Assembly (NCBI GenBank): GCA_000165345.1
Contig: CM000434.1
Location: forward strand, 1,120,001 to 1,184,000
Length of the DNA stretch: 64,000 nucleotides
Direction of reading: 5' to 3'
In this document: in pieces, positions 1-9,836 of the stretch
Layout of the letters: every line of letters begins with the position of its first letter
Numbering within the stretch: position 1 is the first letter of the stretch
The notes under the pieces: model-generated
The model's database searches: none
Told to the model about the DNA's origin: nothing
The model's input: the letters and a program-made list of their open reading frames with translations, nothing else
Made by a program: the position numbers and the translations under genes

Positions 1-818
1 TCTGTAATTACTTTATAGTATTTATTAAACATAATAGACTCCAGACAATAAGATTTAACCAGTTTAATATTATTAAAAGTTTCAAATGCCAAAGCTCCAG
101 ACTTGGAATAGACTCTCTGAGTAGTGGTTCCCCAAGATCTGTGTATCTTAGTTATTAAGAATCCAGCTGCTGCTACTATTGGAAGAGAAGCAGACATTAC
201 AAGTGCCATCTTCCATCCTCTGTAGAAACCCACAATAAAGCCAAATAAAAATTGTGAGACATTTGATATAAGCTGGGAAAACTTTATTCCATATCCCTCT
301 CTAATTAAAGCACAATTTGCTATAATCTTAGAAGATACAGAACCACAGTCATTATCTCTATGCCAGTCCTCATCCATTTGTAAAATATACTGAAAGCTTT
401 CCCTTTTAATATCCTTAACAAATTTTTCAGCAAGACTCTCAAAAATGGCAATTGAAAGCCATCCTGAAAAGAATGAATTGAGAGTTACTCCGATTAAATA
501 GTATATATACCGCATAAAATCATTATATTGGTCTTCAGTATAGTTTGGGGTTAGAGGTATTTTTTGTAATGCTAACCCAAAATAAAGCAAAAATAGAGGA
601 ATAGAGATTCCACTCAATACACTCATAATAAAGCCTATTACAACTTTCCAAAAGTTATGTAAGCTAAAAAACTTAGCCTCAAACTTAATTTCGTTCTCAA
701 TATTATCATTCTCTCCTAAATCATTACTTTTCTCAAAGGTTTTATTGCCTTCAACATCTTCATTATTATCCTTAACATGAACGTGGGACTCCGCTCCTTC
801 AACTTCTAATGGCTTCAT
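1..818 (-). CDS. ABC transporter (ABCB/MDR-like), N-terminal transmembrane domain; the gene continues beyond the window start (partial)
   Basis: The minus-strand frame is open from ATG at 818..816 to the window edge, with an in-frame TGA just upstream of the ATG. The translation is MKPLEVEGAESHVHVKDNNEDV...WKVVIGFIMSVLSGISIPLF...KFSQLISNVSQFLFGFIVGFYRGWKMALVM. A hydrophilic N-terminus followed by TM helices and ABC_membrane-type motifs is typical of ABCB half-domains. Confidence 0.55.
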   Translation of the reverse strand, partial: MKPLEVEGAESHVHVKDNNEDVEGNKTFEKSNDLGENDNIENEIKFEAKFFSLHNFWKVVIGFIMSVLSGISIPLFLLYFGLALQKIPLTPNYTEDQYNDFMRYIYYLIGVTLNSFFSGWLSIAIFESLAEKFVKDIKRESFQYILQMDEDWHRDNDCGSVSSKIIANCALIREGYGIKFSQLISNVSQFLFGFIVGFYRGWKMALVMSASLPIVAAAGFLITKIHRSWGTTTQRVYSKSGALAFETFNNIKLVKSYCLESIMFNKYYKVIT

Positions 819-1056
819 ATGTGTATAAGTGGGGAGTAATGCTCACAAACTGTTCTACATGCGTAAAAATTAACTGCATGCAAACATTATCGTATTTAGG
901 CGCCAACATGCGAATGGAAAGAGCAGAAAACAATTAGAAAGTGGACAAAAGAGAAAAATGGGAAATCTTTTAACTATATTATAGAATTAAAATGAGAGGA
1001 AAACATATATAAATTTTGTCTACGTAATAGATATATACCCGAATTGTTTAATATTC

Positions 1057-3477
1057 TTAACTACTTTTTGCTTTCTTTTTTCCTGGAGAAGAATCGTCAT
1101 CATTTTCTGCTACTTCAATAATTAGATGCCTCCCGTATAAGTGAGTATGTTGGAACTGTTCCAATGCTGAAATAGCCTCTAATTTTCCAAGAAATTCGAT
1201 AAAGCAGTAGCCCTTATTAGTTCCATCTGATTTCTTTGGAATTCTAATGGAAGTTACCGTTCCGACAGAGTTGAAAAGTGACATAATGTCAGATTTAGTT
1301 GCTTGGAATGGAAGATTCTTAATAAGAAGTTTGTTAGATACATTCTTTACTCCAATATCAGTAAGTTGGCTTCCATATGGAAGTGATGTTTTCTCATCTA
1401 CTTGAGAAGTTTTAGATTTTTTTGAGATTTTAAGTTCCAGTGTGTGTCCATCTAAAGTGACTGATTGCATCCTTTTAATACATTCTTTAGCATTTTCGCT
1501 TGTTTTGAACTCAAGGAAGCCATAACCCATTGATTTTTTAATAATATTCCCATCAGAGTCTGAATGGGTTTTCATTGTTATTGTAGCCTTTCTAAACCCT
1601 TCAACTTTGCTAAATAGATTCTCAAGAGCTTTGTTTGTAGTATCAAAGCTTAAATTCTTAACAAATACATGAACGGCATTTGTATTATCTAAATCTTCAT
1701 TAATATCCAAAATTTCTTTCTTGTTAACAACTTTAGATTCTGTCTCTTTTTCTTTCTGTGTTTCTGTTTCTGAGACAAACAAATTAACTGGTGCCCATTC
1801 TATATAAAGTGGAACACTTTTGAATCTTTTGAATGCTAATCTTTTGAAGGCAGATTCTGCCGAGGATTCCTCCAAAAATTGTACAATTGCAATGGTCTTG
1901 CTTGGAGATAAGCATAATCGATTAATTCTACCAAAAGGAGAACAAATTTTCTGAAGGTCGGATAATGTTACTTGATCTGAAGGTAAATGTTTAATGATAA
2001 TGGTATCTTTGCTTCTTTCAACATTTTTGACTCCTTCAAATTTTAGTTTTGCTGTAAATATGTCGCTTCCCTCTACTTCAAAAGCCTTAACTGAAATTCC
2101 TTCCTTCTTTAACCATTCTTTAGTAGCTGAAATAACATGAGTTTCCATTAAGGATACTCTGGAGGCCAAATCTGGTGCTTGTATATCAACAATATCATGC
2201 TTTTTAACATCCTCATTATCTATGAAAGCATTAACTGCAGAATTCCCACTGATATAAAGAAGATTCCAAGTTTTTTTGTCTATTGAAGATTCTTTCCTTT
2301 TGTTTAAAGCTTTCAATTTATAATCCGAGTGTACAATTACATTGGATTCATTGAAAGAATCCGTGATAGTTTTTGTTGGTTTATTAAAAGCTGGAGATAC
2401 TCTTAGTACTCTCCCATGTAGAAGAGATAAATGAGCTTGGGATAAAGCAGAAACTGCATGCTCAACAAATTCGTATTGGACAAATCCATATCCTTTTGAA
2501 ACTCCAGATTCTGGCGAGCGAATAATATTTACTGATTTGACTTCTCCCCATTTGGAAAAAAACTTATTCAAATCCTCTTCTGTTGTGGAATATGAAATAT
2601 TTACCACCATTAACCTGGAAGTTTCCATTGGAGATGTAACAATCTGTTCTCCAATATCAACAACTTCCTCAAGTTCCTGATTATCATCTGAATCCGTATT
2701 CGATTCAGATGACAAATCAGACTCAGATACATTTGTGCTAGAATTATCATCGTTTTCATTAAATGTCTCATGTTTTAACTCTGAATCTTGATCAGAATTC
2801 TGATCAGGATCAGGATCAGAATCAGATTCAGGCTCAGATTCAGACTCTGAAAACTGTATATGTTTTCTTACATTCGAGACACCTGCTTTAGTTGGTTTTA
2901 CAATTTCACTTGAAATCTTGACAGATGAATCATTCTTAACAGAGTTAATCTCGTTATTATCTATAAGATCTGCAGAATCTAGCCAACTTTTGTTTGAATT
3001 CTTTTGGGAAATCCATTTCTTAAAGTTTTCCTTCTTTGAATCATCTTCTTTACTTAAAGTGATTGGTTCTTTTTCATCAACCTCTGTATTTTCTTTAATA
3101 TTATTTCTCCTGTTATACTGAGAACTACCAATTGAATATTTACTCCAAGGTCTAGGAAGTAAATCTGATCCAGGAGGAAAAGCATACTGAACATTAATTC
3201 TACAAGTATCTATAAATGTTCCATTAAAGTATTCCAAAACTTTTTTTGCATCTTCTTCAGAGTAAAAACCAACAAATCCAAACTTCCTACTTGATTCTAC
3301 TTCTGGGTTCTTCTCAGATCTCTTTTTAACTATTTTTACATCAGTTATGTTGCAACCAATAGAAGATATATGATCTTTTAGTCTCTTTTCTGAGAGATAA
3401 CTCGGAAGATTTTTGATAATTATTCTGGATGAAGTAGCCTCACCCTTTGTACCACCTCCAGAAACATCAGATGTCAT
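1057..3477 (-). CDS. MRD1: Multiple-RRM RNA-binding protein (MRD1/RBM19-like, five RRMs), ribosome biogenesis
   Basis: This is an 806-aa ORF. The track start at 3495 is TTG; the first ATG is at 3477. Five RRM units carry RNP1/RNP2-like motifs: RIIIKNLP...FGFVGF, RLMVVNISY...GYGFVQY, TIIIKHLP...AIVQF, VFVKNLSF...GYGFLEF, LLIKNLPF...KGYCFIEF. An acidic SD/PD-rich linker is encoded by a GAT/TCA repeat near 2690-2860. Confidence 0.8.
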   Translation of the reverse strand: MTSDVSGGGTKGEATSSRIIIKNLPSYLSEKRLKDHISSIGCNITDVKIVKKRSEKNPEVESSRKFGFVGFYSEEDAKKVLEYFNGTFIDTCRINVQYAFPPGSDLLPRPWSKYSIGSSQYNRRNNIKENTEVDEKEPITLSKEDDSKKENFKKWISQKNSNKSWLDSADLIDNNEINSVKNDSSVKISSEIVKPTKAGVSNVRKHIQFSESESEPESDSDPDPDQNSDQDSELKHETFNENDDNSSTNVSESDLSSESNTDSDDNQELEEVVDIGEQIVTSPMETSRLMVVNISYSTTEEDLNKFFSKWGEVKSVNIIRSPESGVSKGYGFVQYEFVEHAVSALSQAHLSLLHGRVLRVSPAFNKPTKTITDSFNESNVIVHSDYKLKALNKRKESSIDKKTWNLLYISGNSAVNAFIDNEDVKKHDIVDIQAPDLASRVSLMETHVISATKEWLKKEGISVKAFEVEGSDIFTAKLKFEGVKNVERSKDTIIIKHLPSDQVTLSDLQKICSPFGRINRLCLSPSKTIAIVQFLEESSAESAFKRLAFKRFKSVPLYIEWAPVNLFVSETETQKEKETESKVVNKKEILDINEDLDNTNAVHVFVKNLSFDTTNKALENLFSKVEGFRKATITMKTHSDSDGNIIKKSMGYGFLEFKTSENAKECIKRMQSVTLDGHTLELKISKKSKTSQVDEKTSLPYGSQLTDIGVKNVSNKLLIKNLPFQATKSDIMSLFNSVGTVTSIRIPKKSDGTNKGYCFIEFLGKLEAISALEQFQHTHLYGRHLIIEVAENDDDSSPGKKKAKSS

Positions 3478-3710
3478 TCTTCCAAGACAATTCAATTAAG
3501 GATTCAACCAAACTTTCCTTTTTATTTTTTCTCTATATCACTCCCATTTAAGTTCATTCCAATAGCAAAAAGCACTCCCGCCTAGTCGATTATGACATGA
3601 GCGCCAAATAATAAAAAAGCATGCCAGGAAAATTAATGGGTTGAAGGAAAAGAAGGGGATTTAAAAAAAAACAATTTAAAAAAGGAAAATATCTATAAAC
3701 AAAGAGAAAA

Positions 3711-4580
3711 CTAAGTATTAGGGGCAAATAGTTCATCAGAATTGTTAAAAATATGTGAGTTTCTTATCTTGATTCTTCTTCGTTTCAGTTCCATGTTGTT
3801 AGAGGATGAAGTTTTGTTTTGACGTCTCTTGGAAGTAGATTCGGAAGAGTTGGAAGTTTTATCAAGACCAAGAAGTTTTCTAACCGCCATTTCACCTTTT
3901 GTAGTACGAATAATATCTTCCAAATTCATTCCTTTTTTGCTTATCAAAGATTTCCACATTTCCTTAATATCATCATCCATCTTAATTTCTTCTATTCCTA
4001 CATTCTCAGTTAAGGGATAAAGAACTACTCCTTTTAAAGAAGAACAAGCTTCACAGGGTCTTTGAGATGATAACGGACAACCAGTTCCTGTTGAAGAACC
4101 TGTACTCGCAAGTCCTCCATTTTTGCATCTTATTCTACCTGCTGTTTGCTGTTGTCTTAGGCACCTAACTGCTTTTTTGCACATCAAGTTCCGAATCCAT
4201 CTCTCCATACTGGAATTTGTCTAGGAATTAAGTTAAGTTCAAACTCGATCAATATTGTTAGTTTTAATATAACTTACCTTCAATAGTTCTTCATCAATTA
4301 AAAGACCATCTTGATGTTGCCTCACGAATGCTAATAGAGAAATCTCACTATTCAGCTTATCATATGGAGATTTATAACTATATTTACCTGTCGCCTGGTC
4401 CAAAAATATTCTGTCATGTAGATGAATTTTTGTCCAAAAATCGCTTTCTAGAGATATTTGTACTCCATCCTTGCAAAGTATGTTGTGAATCTCCTTCCTT
4501 CTTAATGGAACTGTGTTTGACTGCAGAATATTCAGTACCTTATGTATTAAATATGAAAATGGTTTCTCTTCATTTGACAT
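3711..4580 (-). CDS. General transcription factor TFIIE beta subunit-like (winged helix), two exons
   Basis: Exon 1 is 4580..4278 (101 codons) and ends ...DEELLK followed by GTAAGT at 4277..4272. A 57-nt intron follows. The acceptor AG is at 4222..4221, and exon 2 is 4220..3711, in frame: TNSSMERWIRNLMCKK... The winged-helix block IFLDQATGKYSYKSPYDKLNSEISLLAFVRQHQDGLLIDEEL aligns with the TFIIE-beta WH ([42 protein letters not shown]). An E2F-like box at 4641..4650 lies 60 bp upstream. Confidence 0.55.
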
Positions 4581-4640
4581 TTAATTTCTTATTTTACTCA
4601 ACAAATCTCTTTTTCCTTTAGATAAATTGTTTTAAGTAGA

Positions 4641-4650
4641 TTTTGGCGGG
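4641..4650. promoter_or_regulatory. E2F/DP-like box TTTTGGCGGG upstream of the TFIIE-beta-like gene
   Basis: The GGCGGG core is flanked by T-runs, and similar boxes recur in most 5' intergenic regions of this window. Confidence 0.5.
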
Positions 4651-4903
4651 TTTTTTTAAATAATTTTGGCATAACCCAATATTTTTATTCGAAATAACAA
4701 TCCTGGAATAAACAATTGACAACAGAATATGCAAATATTAATGCATTTTGATCGATCTTAGTTAGCAATTGATACTATAATTAAATGTTTATTGTTTTTT
4801 CAAGTTTGTGAATAAATTCTTTAGGTTATTTTAAATCTCTAATTATTATAATGTTAACATAATCATCAACATTTTTTGGACCCAATCAAAAGTTTGCCTT
4901 TGG

Positions 4904-4924
4904 GATGCATGCATGCATGCATTT
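4904..4924. repeat. (GCAT)n microsatellite / tandem GCATGCA motif array
   Basis: The sequence gatgcatgcatgcatgcattt lies inside a 2.4-kb ORF-free region. Confidence 0.7.
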
Positions 4925-6812
4925 ATCCCATACTCTAACTAAAATACCTATAGAATTTCAGTTATCCTTTTTTTTGTTTATATTTAGCCCATTTGCCAAT
5001 GTTATTGCATAATAACAATAAACTATTTGTTATTTTCTAACCACACAGTATGAATTATCAGGGATTATATTAAAGCAAATTAAAATGTAATTAAATACCT
5101 TATTTTGTTTATTACTAGTATTTTTCAAATTACAGCATTCAAAATTTGGAAGAACTTAAGATTAATTTTTAAATTAAGTAGAATACAACATATCAATATT
5201 ATGAATTTTTTTATATTCAATTTTCATCTAATTAAGGAATTATCTTAAAAGCTTAAATATTGATCAATCCTAACCTGTCCTATAATATAAGATGAATCAA
5301 AATCAATTTTTTTTCTACTAAAGTACAAAAATCTTATAGTTTTTTCTTTTTATTATTCAATCTAATAAAATTACAAATAGTCCTTTCAAAATTCAAATTT
5401 GAACCTTCTTTCCAATTCATGAGCATTTTATCACAATTAACTTGTTTAAACAAAGTTGCCGCCATTTATATACCGGCATGTCAAATTTGTGAGTTACAAT
5501 TTATATTTTTTGCATTTAAAAAACTATATTTATGGTTTAGATGATTATTTGTTTAATCTTAGACGCTTCCAATATTTAATAAATTTTTAGTTTTAATTAT
5601 AGTATCAATGATAGAAGACAAATAATAAACTTATTGAACGTGAGAATGAGTGGAATAACTTGTAAATTTGCAGTTAATTTAAACATAGTCTTATTGTACA
5701 TAGTTATCTGATGGAAATATGGAGTTTCCTCAATGAACTTCTTATAAGAAATATTTTAGAATTTGTAATATACGTACTTTAATTTTACTCACTATTTAGC
5801 TTATACAAACTGTTTTTTATTGTAAATCTCGTATCCACTATAATTGATTATAAAGGCAACCTATAGGATATTTTGCAGATTAATTCTTCAAATTTGGTTC
5901 TTAATTCTCATACTCTTTGTTTTACATACATTTTTTATCCAAGTCAACACAATTATGACCTTTTTCATCATTTGTAAACTTATTATAACAAGTTTAAGGA
6001 AACAAAATTTTCAAAATATAGATTATTTCAAAAAATCCTTTCAATATTATTAATAATATTTTCAGAAATGTCTGATTCTACATTATCCTTACAATACTGT
6101 GTAAAAGTGGAATGTTTAATAAACTTTCCGATATTCTTCATTTTTAGTTTGATTTTGGTGATCATCATCATTTAAATATATCTTGTTACTAAATAAAATA
6201 TAAAAACTTGTTTGAGAAATGATATTAATAATCCAACATCTCGTCTGATTGATATAAATAATTATAGAAGAAGTATTCTTCTCTAAATCTATTATTCATG
6301 TATTTAATTGGATTAAGCTGATTTCAAAAGTTTAATCATTGTTAACGACTATTTGATGTCTTTTCAAAATGTTTATTTCATTATCACAACCCCATTTTCT
6401 TCAAGTTTTTTGAAATTTCCGTATTTCACTATTGTTGATAATTTTAATATAGAATATTTAATTAATTCTTTAGAGTTTAGGCGGGCTTTAAATGAATGCA
6501 TAAATGCATGTTATAGAAAGTTTTGGTTAAGAAAAGTTTTAATTGGTACATCTTTAAATAAGAATTTTGGTTTATATTAATTGTTTATTTAAATTAATTT
6601 TTTTGCAAAGTTTTACTAGAAAAGATTCTAAGTTGATTAAAATATAAATTTAACCTAAATTCATGTTATTAACAGAAAATCTGAAATAATTAATACCTAA
6701 ATTACAAATTAGTCTAATAACTAATTGTTTCTATATATCTGTTTGTTTTTTTTTTAATAAAATTCTTGGTTACTAATATTTCCAAATAATCTTTTATGAC
6801 TTTTCCCCACAT

Positions 6813-6823
6813 TTTGGGCGGGC
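6813..6823. promoter_or_regulatory. E2F-like box TTTTGGGCGGG about 170 bp upstream of the TVP38-like gene
   Basis: GGCGGG core motif. A further box lies at 6477..6486. Confidence 0.45.
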
Positions 6824-6982
6824 AAATGGCAATATTGTAAGATATTACCTGCAAATCAGGGCTTGAATTTGGAGAGTAGAAAAAAAAATTTGAAGATCTA
6901 AAATAAGAATCAAAATAGTTTGAAGGATTCATAAGATTGTAGCTGGGTATTTCTACCAGTTAAATTCCAACAATAATTCAAG

Positions 6983-7819
6983 ATGAGCAAAAATTTGGAA
7001 AGATTTTCTGCTTTAAGAAAAATAGATGTGAAAATATACTCATATATGGCATTAAAGCTAGCATTTACAACAATATTAACAGTGTCAATAGTACTTATTT
7101 TATACCATTTTCGAGATACAACTCATTGGATAGAAAAGTTTTCTGTGGAAGTTAAAGAAAATGTTATAATAACAACAACCATCTCAACAATAATTATTTC
7201 ACTATTAATGACCATTTCAGTACCTATTGAACCAATCTTAGTATCTATGGCATTTTTTACCTCAAGTATTAATGGACCCACTATTGATGTACTTTTGTGT
7301 TTATTTATATGTTTTAACGCCACACAAATCAGTACATTCTTGACGGTTATTGTTACCAGATTTTGTTTTCCAAAATATTTGGGGGAAAAGGCTCGTCAGT
7401 ACAAATTTTTTTCTGCATTCAACGAAATAGCAAAAGAAAGAGGGTTTCTACTACTTGCATTGATTAGACTCTCTCTTTTTTTACCTTTTGTTCCAAGTAA
7501 TTGTTTACTGGGTTTAACAGATATTTCATTTTTTAACTTATTTCTAGGTAACTTTGCAGTTATCCCGGCTCAAATTTCATTAATATTATTCGGAGCCTCA
7601 ATCTATGACAATAATCATCTCAAGAATGAACTTAATACCAACTATATTCATCCTAAATATGCACTATTATTTTTCTCATTTTCCATTATTTCTATGTCTT
7701 TACTTTTTTATATTATATTTCAGAAATTTCGGGAAATCAATCAGAAAACTGAATCATTGTTAGAGCATGTCAACACTCCCCTCTCTTCTGCTCCTTTCCA
7801 TCGTATTGATAATTTATAA
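6983..7819 (+). CDS. TVP38/TMEM64 (DedA/SNARE-associated) family multi-pass membrane protein
   Basis: 278-aa ORF with an ATG start and about 6 hydrophobic helices. The family-like core is LALIRLSLFLPFVPSNCLLGLTDISFFNLFLGNFAVIPAQISLILFGASI. Confidence 0.6.
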   Translation: MSKNLERFSALRKIDVKIYSYMALKLAFTTILTVSIVLILYHFRDTTHWIEKFSVEVKENVIITTTISTIIISLLMTISVPIEPILVSMAFFTSSINGPTIDVLLCLFICFNATQISTFLTVIVTRFCFPKYLGEKARQYKFFSAFNEIAKERGFLLLALIRLSLFLPFVPSNCLLGLTDISFFNLFLGNFAVIPAQISLILFGASIYDNNHLKNELNTNYIHPKYALLFFSFSIISMSLLFYIIFQKFREINQKTESLLEHVNTPLSSAPFHRIDNL

Positions 7820-8783
7820 TTCATTCCTATTATTGCTCAAGATCACATGAAATGCATATATATATTGGTGTCAGCTATACCTATCCTAATTTTGTTTATA
7901 AAAACCAATCACTATTCTGAGTTAATATTACTCTTTCGATTATTGTAATTTTCAGAAAACTAAATTTATCTCTACTTTGCTTTATAACTACAAAAAAAAT
8001 CAGTAAATAGATCCTTGTTTTACAATATTCAATTAATCTAATATATTTTTTATTTAATTTCTAAAAATCAATTTTTTAATAAAATTACTTCTCCCGCCTA
8101 AACATGTAAAAAAGCCTAATAGTAGAGAAATAAGATTTTTTTTTAGAGAATTTCATAAATATTCGTTGTATCTGAAATAGCTGTATAATTTGTCTAAATA
8201 TGTGGGAAACAAATGTTTTCTTGCAAAAATATTAAATTTTCTAGAGAAGTGTCATTTTCCCTTGTAATATTTTACTTAAGATCATCACTAACCATTTTCT
8301 TGTATAAAATATTCTTTAAAGAACTTATCATTTCTTCAAGAACATTCTTATATTTTGTTTTTATTATAATCTATATATATATTTGCTCAACTACCAGACG
8401 AAGAGCTAACCCTAAATCCAAAATACTTTATAATATCTAAACCCTAATTTATTCAAAAGCTCGAGGGAACAACATGTTCCCGCCAAAAATAAAAATATTT
8501 GTTTTGAAAACTAACAAAGTTAAATAATTAAAAAAACTATTTTAACTACTTAGTTATGGAGTTTTAATTCATTTACTCTCTCTTAAATTTGTTCAAAACT
8601 TCAACCCCGATTTATAATTTTTATTATTTATTAAATTTCTCTCCGGCGTCCGCCTAATTTTTTGGTTGGAAATATATAAAGGATATAATTTGCCGCCAAA
8701 TATTTTCTAAGTAATTCTGTCACCCCTTGTACTCTAAAAAATATTATTACGATTCTTTTCTTTTTAATTTAATAAAAGATCAA

Positions 8784-9617
8784 ATGACTACTCAAACTGA
8801 TTCAAGATCAAGTTCTTCCAAAATATTGAGGAATGCAACAATAGCATTCTTTCTCATTCTGGCAATAGTTTTATTTGTCGTTATTTCCAGGACTACTATT
8901 TATTTGATAGACAATTTATACTTCTTTAAAAAAATTGAACAAATTTCAGGTGGAAATCTTTTTATTTTATACAGTTTAATACTTTTAAATTCTATTTTCT
9001 ATGCTTTACTTCCATTCAGCTTTGAACCATTAATCTTTTTGTCCGCAGTTTACTATTACAAGAATTTCCCATTCTATCAAGGATTAGCTTTATCCATGCT
9101 CTCTATAATTATTGCAGTTAATGTTGGCTCAATTATAATTATGTTAATATCTCGTAAAATAATTTATCCATATATTAAGAGAAAACAAGAAAACTGGGAT
9201 TACTTAAATGCTTTAAATGATGCTTCAGATAATCTTGGACTTGTGTTCGTAATATTGGCGAGACTCATTATTACTCCTCATTTCTTCTATGACATCATCT
9301 TTGGTCTTACTAACATCTCAATTCCACAACTAATCATTGGTAACTTTACCTTTTTCCCTCGATACCTTTCCATTTCAATCTTTTCCGTAGTTATTAATAA
9401 TATCGATATTTTCAAGGATAGATTAATTAACTTAAACTCAGATCCATCTAGTGCAATGTTCTTCGCATCCATTTCTTGGATATCGTTCTTAATCCTAGTT
9501 GGTCTACTCCACAGAAGCTATCTAAAAGTCAAGGGAAGAATTCCTCTCCCTACTGAAGAGAATCATTCAAGTCTTAAAAATTCCACTAATGCGTTAAATG
9601 TTGAAGCCCGTGTATAG
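8784..9617 (+). CDS. Second TVP38/TMEM64 (DedA) family membrane protein, tandem paralog of 6983..7819
   Basis: The track start at 8727 is TTG; the first ATG is at 8784 (MTTQTDS...). The core LVFVILARLIITPHFFYDIIFGLTNISIPQLIIGNFTFFPRYLSISIFS is co-linear with the upstream paralog motif (L.RL...P....N...GLT.IS...L..GNF...P). E2F-like boxes lie at 8477..8490 and 8689..8701. Confidence 0.55.
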   Translation: MTTQTDSRSSSSKILRNATIAFFLILAIVLFVVISRTTIYLIDNLYFFKKIEQISGGNLFILYSLILLNSIFYALLPFSFEPLIFLSAVYYYKNFPFYQGLALSMLSIIIAVNVGSIIIMLISRKIIYPYIKRKQENWDYLNALNDASDNLGLVFVILARLIITPHFFYDIIFGLTNISIPQLIIGNFTFFPRYLSISIFSVVINNIDIFKDRLINLNSDPSSAMFFASISWISFLILVGLLHRSYLKVKGRIPLPTEENHSSLKNSTNALNVEARV

Positions 9618-9836
9618 TTTGGTTAAATGTTTTACATGCGCGCCTAAAATGCATACAATCTACATGTACTTGTGTCCGAAAAATTGTTGAAATACGAAGG
9701 AGACTATTTTTAGGGATAATTTAATTTAGTTTGATGTTAATGTTCTTAAAAAAGTTATTGGGGTGATTTTTATTAGTTATGTAGTACTAATTGATAATTA
9801 CTTATTTGTTACTTTTTTTCTAGTTTTAATAAAATG

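Noticed and set aside
2918-3121. Antisense and embedded small ORFs inside large genes (for example 2918-3121, 3819-4020, 10516-10746, 20847-21327, 31246-31529, 42806-43114)
   Set aside because: Each is nested in or antisense to a well-supported gene with clear homology, and they are low-complexity. They are by-products of long open frames.
5844-6932. Three short ORFs (5844-6053, 6353-6580, 6714-6932) in the 2.4-kb gap
   Set aside because: They are I/F/L/K/N-rich translations typical of random AT-rich DNA, with no splice signals or domains.
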